Shown in pieces: positions 8,479-16,180 of a stretch of DNA of 64,000 nucleotides. The first letter of the stretch is position 1. Each line of letters starts with the position of its first letter. The notes beneath the pieces were generated by a model, which saw nothing but the letters and a program-made list of their open reading frames with translations, was not told the DNA's origin and did not search any database. A program made the position numbers and the translations under genes. The DNA comes from Bacteroidales bacterium (GTDB taxonomy: Bacteria > Bacteroidota > Bacteroidia > Bacteroidales > VadinHA17): positions 30,488-94,487 of the forward strand of contig JAWLEO010000009.1 in the NCBI GenBank assembly GCA_041686075.1, read 5' to 3'.

Positions 8479-8696
8479 TATTCACCGCCTCCAGCGGTGG
8501 GGTAATCTGGGATGATGCCTTTTCCACAGGTGTGACTGTGGCTATTATTATTCACCACCTCCGGCGGTATTGTGATTGTTGTTGATCCTGCTACCCACAG
8601 GTGGGACTGTGGCTATTGTTATTCACCGCCTCCAGCGGTGATTGAGCTACCCACAGGTGTGACTGCGGCTATTATTATTCACCGCCTCCGGCGGTG
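8479..8696. repeat. array of alternating type-A and type-B REP-like hairpins downstream of the RAYT gene
   Basis: Type A at 8479-8500, 8547-8568, 8621-8640 and 8677-8696. Type B (CCACAGGTGKGACTGYGG) at 8524-8541, 8595-8612 and 8651-8668. All are in the same orientation. Confidence 0.85.
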
Positions 8697-8723
8697 ATTG
8701 CTCGGCAAAAGCCCTTAAGGGGC

Positions 8724-10250
8724 TCACCGCTTATCGCTTGTCCTGAGCGAAGTCGAAGGGCTCATCGCTTTTCCTAGTGCTTGCTGCCAGTCGCGAATAT
8801 GGTTTTCAACGGTGGCCTTATCCATGGACGGCTCGAAGACCCTGTCGGGGTGCCAGTGCTTCTTCAGCTGATCGACACTGTCCCAGAAACCTATGGCCAG
8901 TCCTGCAAGGTAGGCAGCACCGAGTGCTGTGGTCTCCATCACCGCGGGCCTTATAACAGAAGCATTCAGTATATCAGCCTGGAACTGGAGGAGGAGATTG
9001 TTCACCGAGGCTCCGCCGTCGGCACGTATCTCGCTCAGGCCCCTGCCAAAATCCGTTTCCATGGCCATAAGCACATCCCTCACCTGGTAGGCTATGCTCT
9101 CCAGGGCAGCCCGTGCAAAATGACCCTTCGTCGTTCCGCGGGTGATCCCCGTTATTGTTCCCCGGGCATGGGGATCCCACCAGGGTGCACCAAGTCCCGC
9201 CAAAGCAGGAACGAAATAAACGCCGCCGTTATCTTCCACCGTAAGTGCAAGGTCTTCACTGTCCCCGGCATCTTTTATTATCTCCAGGCCATCCCTGAGC
9301 CACTGAACGGCCGCACCGGCAATGAAGACCGAACCCTCGAGTCCGTATACAAGCTCATCGCCTATCTGCCAGGCTATGGTGGTAAGTAGTTTATTAGCCG
9401 ACATAACGGGCTTATCTCCCGTGTTGAGAATCATGAAACAACCTGTTCCATAAGTGTTCTTGACCATGCCTTCGTCAACGCAGAGCTGACCGAAAAGAGA
9501 TGCCTGCTGGTCGCCCGCAATGCCTGCCACGGGCACTGCAAAGCCGGTGACGGTGCTGTCGCTCATGCCATATATCTCAGAGCATGTCCTCACCTCCGGC
9601 ATTATTTTATTGGGGATGCCAAAGAGTTTAAGCATGTCATCATCCCATTCCAGGGTTTTTATATTGTAAAGCATGGTGCGGCTGGCATTGGTGATATCGG
9701 TGGCATGGAGTCCCTTGCCGGGACCGCCGGTAAGCTTCCACAGGAGCCAGCTGTCAACAGTGCCAAAACATAAATCACCTTCCATGGCTTTTTGCCTGGC
9801 CCCGGGCACATTATCGATCATCCACCTGATCTTGGTAGCAGAAAAATAGGCATCGGGTATCAGTCCCGTGCGTTTCTGTATCATTTGATCAAGGCCATCA
9901 TCAATAAGCCTGTCGCATATGTCTGCCGTGCGCCTGTCCTGCCACACTATGGCATTATACACAGGTTTTCCTGTTCTCCTGTCCCATAGTACGGCCGTCT
10001 CACGCTGGTTGGTAATACCCAGGGCAAGGATATCCCTTCCCTCCACACCGGCCCTGGCTGTCACTTCCGAGATAACCGACATCTGGCTTGACCATATCTC
10101 CAGCGGGTCATGCTCCACCCAGCCCGGACGAGGATATATTTGCCTGAACTCCTTCTTTGCCATGCTCACCACCCGCCCCTTATTATCGAACAGTATGGCA
10201 CGGGAGGTGGATGTTCCCTGGTCGAGGGCTAATATGTATTTCTTATCCAT
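8724..10250 (-). CDS. glpK: glycerol kinase
   Basis: 508 aa with [17 protein letters not shown] and [14 protein letters not shown] family throughout. The last ~15 codons run into a repeat motif. Confidence 0.9.
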   Translation of the reverse strand: MDKKYILALDQGTSTSRAILFDNKGRVVSMAKKEFRQIYPRPGWVEHDPLEIWSSQMSVISEVTARAGVEGRDILALGITNQRETAVLWDRRTGKPVYNAIVWQDRRTADICDRLIDDGLDQMIQKRTGLIPDAYFSATKIRWMIDNVPGARQKAMEGDLCFGTVDSWLLWKLTGGPGKGLHATDITNASRTMLYNIKTLEWDDDMLKLFGIPNKIMPEVRTCSEIYGMSDSTVTGFAVPVAGIAGDQQASLFGQLCVDEGMVKNTYGTGCFMILNTGDKPVMSANKLLTTIAWQIGDELVYGLEGSVFIAGAAVQWLRDGLEIIKDAGDSEDLALTVEDNGGVYFVPALAGLGAPWWDPHARGTITGITRGTTKGHFARAALESIAYQVRDVLMAMETDFGRGLSEIRADGGASVNNLLLQFQADILNASVIRPAVMETTALGAAYLAGLAIGFWDSVDQLKKHWHPDRVFEPSMDKATVENHIRDWQQALGKAMSPSTSLRTSDKR

Positions 10251-10380
10251 TATGCACTATTAATTTTTGAACGGTTCAAGATACGGAAATATGATAAGGG
10301 TAGCTAAAGGGTGTATTAAAAGTCCCATATTATTTAGAAATGTTCTAAATATTGATTCTTTTGAAAAAAAATTTGCCACA

Positions 10381-10397
10381 CCGAAAACGTTTGAAAC
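10381..10397. promoter_or_regulatory. candidate LacI-family operator (CCGAAAACGTTTGAAAC) upstream of the MFS-GH65-GH13 genes
   Basis: It contains the palindromic core AAACGTTT. It is near-identical to CCGCAAACGTTTGAAAT at 27941-27957 in the susC/lacI divergent region. Confidence 0.5.
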
Positions 10398-10518
10398 ATA
10401 AGTGTCACGGACAGTTACTTTAAAAGCATCTTATTACACTGATTTTAAATGATATAAGATCAACTTTTTTGTGTATTTTTGATATAGATCAAGAAAAACA
10501 AGAAAAAAGCCTTCCCTG

Positions 10519-12063
10519 ATGAGTGACAAGATAAAAATGAAGCCAAAGCTCAGTTTCTGGCATATATGGAATATGAGTTTTGGTTTTCTGGGTATCCAGT
10601 TTGGCTTTGCCCTTCAGAACGGTAATGTGAGCCGTATTTTCCAGACTCTTGGTGCCGAGATAGACAGGATACCGATATTATGGATAGCGGCACCTGTCAC
10701 GGGCCTCATCGTGCAGCCCATCATAGGGCACATGAGCGACAAAACCTGGGGCCGCCTGGGGCGTCGCCGCCCCTATTTCCTTGTCGGGGCCATCATGGCG
10801 TCGATTGCCCTGATACTGATGCCCAACTCACCTGCCCTCTGGGTGGCGGTGGGTATGTTATGGATAATGGATGCTTCCATAAACATCTCCATGGAACCTT
10901 TCAGGGCTTTTGTCGGTGATATGCTGCCCGACCGGCAGCGCACCCTTGGTTTCACCATGCAGAGCTTCTTCATAGGCACGGGTGCTTTCATTGCCTCCTG
11001 GCTGCCCTATATATTAACCAACTGGTTCAATATATCAAACACCGCTCCCGAAGGCCAGATACCCGATACCGTGAAATACTCATTTTACCTCGGGGGCATT
11101 GTCTTCCTCCTTGCGGTTGTATACACCGTGGTTACCACCAGGGAATATTCACCCGAGGAGCTCAACAGCTTTGAGCGCAGTGAAAAACCTGACAGGCCGG
11201 CAGATGTGGAGGGTGTGGATGAAAAATCAAAATATGTGAGACGTGGTGTTATCTGGACCGCGGCAGGTATAATATTAGCCTTGCCTGTAATATATTTCGA
11301 CCTGGAGAAGGAACTGTACATACTGGCAGGCGGTTTTGCTTTCTTCGGTATTTTACAGTTATTGAGTGGTTTATATATCCATTACGGCAGGGAGCGTACA
11401 GGACTGGTAAGCATTATAACCGACCTTTACCGGATGCCCAAAACCATGGCACAGCTGGCCGTGGTGCAGTTCTTCTCCTGGTTTGCCCTCTTCTCCTTAT
11501 GGATATACACAACAGCGTCTGTCACCTCCCGCATATACGGCACCACGGATACCACATCCCTCCTGTACAATGAAGGGGCCAACCTGGTGAGCGGCATGTT
11601 TGGATGGTATAACCTCTTTGCCGCCGTCTTCGGATTACTGATCCTGCCCTTCCTGGCCAGGGTCTTCAACCGTAAGATAACCCATTCGATAGCCCTCGTT
11701 GCAGGGGGCCTGGGACTGATGTCTATCTTCATAATCAACAATCCCCAGCACCTGATATTTTCCATGGTGGGTGTAGGGCTGGCATGGGCCAGCATCCTGG
11801 CCTTGCCCTATGCCATACTCACGGGATCGCTTCCTACCAATAAGATGGGGGTCTATATGGGGATATTCAATTTCTTCATCGTGATACCGCAGATACTGGC
11901 AGCAACAATACTGGGCTTTATGGTGAGGAACTTTTTTAACAACGAGGCCGTGTATGCCCTCTTGACGGGTGGCGTTTCGCTCATCGTGGCAGCTGTCATT
12001 ATTTTGTTTGTAGAGGATACAACAGACATACGTAAGAAAAAGAAAACTGAAAATAATCAATAA
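10519..12063 (+). CDS. MFS/GPH-type sugar (maltose/sucrose-like) proton symporter
   Basis: 514 aa with about 12 hydrophobic segments and the GRLGRRRPYFLVG loop typical of the GPH/SLC45 family. It sits immediately upstream of GH65. Confidence 0.75.
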   Translation: MSDKIKMKPKLSFWHIWNMSFGFLGIQFGFALQNGNVSRIFQTLGAEIDRIPILWIAAPVTGLIVQPIIGHMSDKTWGRLGRRRPYFLVGAIMASIALILMPNSPALWVAVGMLWIMDASINISMEPFRAFVGDMLPDRQRTLGFTMQSFFIGTGAFIASWLPYILTNWFNISNTAPEGQIPDTVKYSFYLGGIVFLLAVVYTVVTTREYSPEELNSFERSEKPDRPADVEGVDEKSKYVRRGVIWTAAGIILALPVIYFDLEKELYILAGGFAFFGILQLLSGLYIHYGRERTGLVSIITDLYRMPKTMAQLAVVQFFSWFALFSLWIYTTASVTSRIYGTTDTTSLLYNEGANLVSGMFGWYNLFAAVFGLLILPFLARVFNRKITHSIALVAGGLGLMSIFIINNPQHLIFSMVGVGLAWASILALPYAILTGSLPTNKMGVYMGIFNFFIVIPQILAATILGFMVRNFFNNEAVYALLTGGVSLIVAAVIILFVEDTTDIRKKKKTENNQ

Positions 12064-12092
12064 AAATAGTAAATACAGAAGGTACTTGATTT

Positions 12093-14402
12093 ATGAAGCG
12101 CAGCTATAAAATTGACGAATGGAAGATAATCGAGGAAGGGTTCAGCCCCGAAAAGAATCGTGCCTCGGAAAGTGTTTTTTCCATAGGTAACGGTCATATG
12201 GGGCAAAGGGCAAATTTCGAGGAGAGCTACAGTGGTGACAGCCTCCGGGGCAGCTATATCGCCGGTATATATTACCCAGACAAGACACGCGTTGGCTGGT
12301 GGAAAAATGGTTATCCCGAGTATTTTGCCAAGGTGCTTAATTCCCCAAACTGGATAGGCATTGATGTGAGCATCGATGGTGAGCAGCTTGACCTGGCAAA
12401 ATGTGAGATTCTGTCGTTCCGCAGGGAGCTTAACATGAAAGAGGGCATTCTTTCGAGGTCTTTCCGGGTAAGGATGAACAATGGCATTGTTGCCGAGGTT
12501 AATGCCAGCAGGTTCGTCAGTCTCGATGACCATGAGCTGGGCGCTATAAAGTATTCGGTCAAACTGCCTGACAAAGGGGCAAGGCTGGGCTTTAACGTCT
12601 TTGTCGATGGTAACGTGGTGAATGAGGATGCCAACTACGGTGAAATATTCTGGAATGAGAACAGGCGAGCAACAGAAAATGGCACTGCCCTGCTGGTAAG
12701 CACAACACGAAAAACAAATTTCACCGTTGCCTTTGCCGTAGATTATGCACTCTACAGGGGAAAGAAAGAGGTGGATACAGAGCCTGAGGGTCACAAGAGG
12801 GAGAAATTTGCAGGCCATAGCTTTGAAGTGGAAGCCGGGGCAGGCGAAGAATACACCCTCTATAAGTACGCCGCCATACTGAGCTCGGAGAACAACCCCG
12901 TGGACGGGATTGGCCAGCTGGCCATGACCAGGGTCAGGGAAGCCTCATCGAAGGGCTTCAACGTCCTTCTTGATGCACATAAAGAGGCCTGGCAGAAAAA
13001 ATGGGATGAGAGTGATATAGTTATCGAAGGAGACCCCGCGGCCCAGCAGGGCATCAGGTTTAACATCTTTCATCTTTACCAGACCTACCAGGGTGATGAT
13101 AAGAGGCTTAACATAGGACCCAAGGGTTTTACCGGGGAGAAATACGGTGGCTCCACCTACTGGGACACCGAGGCCTTTGCCTTTCCCTTTTACCTGATGA
13201 CAGCCGATCTCCATGTTGCAAGAAACCTCCTCCTCTATCGCTACAGGCACCTGGCCAAGGCTATTGAGAACGCGGGTAAGCTGGGATTTGACCGCGGTGC
13301 AGCCCTCTATCCCATGGTTACGATCAATGGCGAGGAATGCCATAACGAGTGGGAAATAACGTTTGAGGAAATACACAGGAATGGTGCCATCGCTTATGCA
13401 ATATACAATTACATTGAACATACGGGTGACAGCAGCTACCTGGAAGATTACGGGCTGGAAGTGCTTATTGCTCTTTCACGTTTCTGGAGACAGAGGGTCA
13501 ACTACTCGGAACCTAAGATGAGGTACGTCATTCTTGGTGTCACCGGCCCCAATGAGTATGAGAATAATGTTAACAATAACTGGTATACCAACAAGGTTGC
13601 CCAATGGACATTACAGTATACCCTCGATTGCATCGGTGAAGTGAAGTCATCAGCGCCGGCAAAATACAAGGACCTGGCAGAAAGGACAGGCTTTGAAGAA
13701 GAAATAGAAACAATAGAATGGAAGGAGATAATAAATAAGCTTTATTTCCCCTATGACGAAGAAAGAGATATCTTCCTTCAGCAGGAAGGATACCTGGACA
13801 AGCTACAGCAGACAGCTGATGATATAAGGCCCGAAGAAAAACCTATCAACCAGCACTGGTCATGGGACCGCATACTGAGGTCATGCTTTATTAAGCAGGC
13901 CGACGTTCTGCAGGGATTATATTTTTTTGAGGACGAATATGATACCGAAACCATAAAGAGAAACTATGATTTTTACGAACCGCGAACAGTGCATGAGTCT
14001 TCCCTTTCCCCAAGTGTGTATTCAATAATGGCCAGCCGGATAGGGAGGATAGACAAGGCATATGAATTATACCTCAGAACGGCAAGGCTGGATATTGACG
14101 ACATAAACAAAGAGGTCAGGGAAGGCTTGCATATCACTTCCATGGCAGGCACCTGGCTGTCTATAGTGGAAGGTTTTGCCGGACTTAAGGTGAGGCGGCA
14201 AAAGCTTTATATTAACCCGCTGATACCCCGAGCATGGGAGATGTACTCATTTATGATACGCTTCATGAATAAGCTGCTGAAGATAAGTGTAAGCGAAGGC
14301 AGGGCAGAAGTGGAGAACCTGTCAGATGAAGAGGTCACCATCAATGTGGCTGGTGAGAAGAAAAGCGTAGGCGCCGGAAACATTGAATTCTTTAAAATTT
14401 AA
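12093..14402 (+). CDS. GH65 alpha-glucoside phosphorylase (maltose phosphorylase-like)
   Basis: 769 aa, GH65-like throughout (FTGEKYGGSTYWDTE, NEYENNVNNNWYTN). Confidence 0.85.
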   Translation: MKRSYKIDEWKIIEEGFSPEKNRASESVFSIGNGHMGQRANFEESYSGDSLRGSYIAGIYYPDKTRVGWWKNGYPEYFAKVLNSPNWIGIDVSIDGEQLDLAKCEILSFRRELNMKEGILSRSFRVRMNNGIVAEVNASRFVSLDDHELGAIKYSVKLPDKGARLGFNVFVDGNVVNEDANYGEIFWNENRRATENGTALLVSTTRKTNFTVAFAVDYALYRGKKEVDTEPEGHKREKFAGHSFEVEAGAGEEYTLYKYAAILSSENNPVDGIGQLAMTRVREASSKGFNVLLDAHKEAWQKKWDESDIVIEGDPAAQQGIRFNIFHLYQTYQGDDKRLNIGPKGFTGEKYGGSTYWDTEAFAFPFYLMTADLHVARNLLLYRYRHLAKAIENAGKLGFDRGAALYPMVTINGEECHNEWEITFEEIHRNGAIAYAIYNYIEHTGDSSYLEDYGLEVLIALSRFWRQRVNYSEPKMRYVILGVTGPNEYENNVNNNWYTNKVAQWTLQYTLDCIGEVKSSAPAKYKDLAERTGFEEEIETIEWKEIINKLYFPYDEERDIFLQQEGYLDKLQQTADDIRPEEKPINQHWSWDRILRSCFIKQADVLQGLYFFEDEYDTETIKRNYDFYEPRTVHESSLSPSVYSIMASRIGRIDKAYELYLRTARLDIDDINKEVREGLHITSMAGTWLSIVEGFAGLKVRRQKLYINPLIPRAWEMYSFMIRFMNKLLKISVSEGRAEVENLSDEEVTINVAGEKKSVGAGNIEFFKI

Positions 14403-14414
14403 AATATAAAAACC

Positions 14415-15791
14415 ATGAGAAAGCAACAATCATTATTGATATCATGTATCCTTGCCCTTGCCCTCCTTATGACAGCATGCGGCGGTGAAAGCAGCAAGGA
14501 GGAAGCTTCGGGTGACCTTCCTTATGACAAGCCGGTGTGGAGCAGGGATGCCGTACTCTATGAACTGAATGTAAGGCAGTTTTCCGAAGAAGGCACCTTC
14601 AATGCCGTGGAGAGCAGGGTGGATGAACTTGCTTCCCTGGGTATTGATGTTATATGGTTCATGCCCATACATCCCATCGGTGAAGTGAATCGCAAAGGAA
14701 GCCTTGGATCATATTATTCGATAAAAGATTTTATGGATGTCAATCCTGAGTTCGGCACGATGTATGATTTCAAGTCACTTGTCGACAGGATACACCACGC
14801 GGGCATGTATGTTATGATGGACTGGGTGCCCAACCATTCATCATGGGACAACCACCTGGCCGAGGAACATCCTGACTGGTATGTGAAAGACTCAGCAGGT
14901 AACTTCGTATCTCCCTACGACTGGACCGATGTGATACAGTTTGACTGGAGCAATGAAGACCTCCAGGAATATATGATGAGTGCCCTCCTATACTGGGTTG
15001 AATATGTTGATGTGGACGGCTTCAGGGTTGACCATCCCCATGTGACCCCTGCCGATTTCTGGCTGGAGGTAAGGCTCGAGCTGGAAGAAATAAAGCCTGT
15101 CCTTATGCTCGCGGAAAATGAAGACAGGGTGGAGTTCCTGGATAATGGCTTTGATATCAACTATTCATGGGAGCTGCATCACCTGATGAACCAGGTGGCA
15201 CAGGGTGAGGCCGAAGCAGCCGACCTGGACGAAGCACTTAAGAGGGATCTCAATAAATTTCCTGACCATGCCTACAGGCTCCGCTTTTTAACCAACCATG
15301 ATGAGAATTCATGGGCCGGCACCATTGAAGAAAGGCTGGGTGATGCACATGAAGCCTTTGCAGCCTTTATGTATACCATACCAGGGATGCCTCTTTTATA
15401 TAACGGACAGGAAGTGGGCCTCAACAAGAGGCTTGAATTTTTTGAGAGGGACCCCATAGAATGGCACGAGTCGTACCTGACCGATTTCTACACTTCCCTC
15501 AATACAATGAAAGAGGAAAACCCGGCCCTGCATAATGGTGATTTCGGTGGTGACTTTACGGTTGTTGATGTTTCGGGTGATGAAGATGTATATGCATATT
15601 CCCGGACAAAAGATGATAACATTGTGGTGAGCATAATCAATTTTGATGAGGAGGATGCGGAGTTTACCCTGAGCGATGATCTTGCAGGGGAATATATTAA
15701 TTACCTGAGCGGCGTCCCGGTTAATATCAGTGGCGACCAAAGCATAGCCCTTGCCGGATGGGGGTATATGGTGCTGGTAGCAAGGGAATAA
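14415..15791 (+). CDS. GH13 alpha-amylase family lipoprotein
   Basis: Lipobox LLMTAC. GH13 regions DWVPNHS, DGFRVDH and FLTNHDE are present. Confidence 0.85.
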   Translation: MRKQQSLLISCILALALLMTACGGESSKEEASGDLPYDKPVWSRDAVLYELNVRQFSEEGTFNAVESRVDELASLGIDVIWFMPIHPIGEVNRKGSLGSYYSIKDFMDVNPEFGTMYDFKSLVDRIHHAGMYVMMDWVPNHSSWDNHLAEEHPDWYVKDSAGNFVSPYDWTDVIQFDWSNEDLQEYMMSALLYWVEYVDVDGFRVDHPHVTPADFWLEVRLELEEIKPVLMLAENEDRVEFLDNGFDINYSWELHHLMNQVAQGEAEAADLDEALKRDLNKFPDHAYRLRFLTNHDENSWAGTIEERLGDAHEAFAAFMYTIPGMPLLYNGQEVGLNKRLEFFERDPIEWHESYLTDFYTSLNTMKEENPALHNGDFGGDFTVVDVSGDEDVYAYSRTKDDNIVVSIINFDEEDAEFTLSDDLAGEYINYLSGVPVNISGDQSIALAGWGYMVLVARE

Positions 15792-16180
15792 AGTATTATT
15801 TAAGATTCCAGATTTAAGATTGCCTTACGGCGAGCTCGAATCACTCGCTTGCCTGCGGCAAACTCGAGATTCTCGGTTTAAGATTTAAGAATTATTATTC
15901 ACCGCCTCCGGCGGTTAAGCAATGGACCAATCAAACCCTGATTGCCATCAGGCAGGAAATAATGGAATTTTGGAATAATGGAACGATGGAATAGTGGGTG
16001 AATTATTCTACAAGATTCATAAAACCTAATCCCATTATTCCAATATTCCATTACTCCATCATTCCAGAGGGAATACATCCCCCTGACCCCGTTGGCTCCC
16101 TTCCTTCGACAAGCTCAGGACAAGTTGGTCGTCGAGCTCGTCCCGCTTCGCGGTTCTCGGTTCAAAGGGGGACCATGCGG
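15792..16180. repeat. 390-bp intergenic mosaic of simple repeats and hairpins
   Basis: Contents in order: (TTTAAGA)n flanking a GC-rich core; a type-A REP (15894-15914); CCTGAT-TGCC-ATCAGG; a GGAAT-type long hairpin (15955-16065); the 12-bp palindrome GACGAGCTCGTC; and CCGC-TTC-GCGG. Confidence 0.8.

Noticed and set aside
8479-8696. Possible CRISPR array (regularly recurring ~20-bp palindromic repeats)
   Set aside because: Two different hairpins alternate, and the intervening segments are 10-26 nt, irregular and partly repeated themselves. No cas genes are present, but a RAYT gene is adjacent. A REP-type array is the better explanation.
12057-12818. 253-aa minus-strand ORF
   Set aside because: It lies antisense within the well-supported GH65 gene. 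It is Cys/His/Phe-rich with no family resemblance and is a typical shadow ORF. The same judgement applies to the other antisense ORFs in the track.
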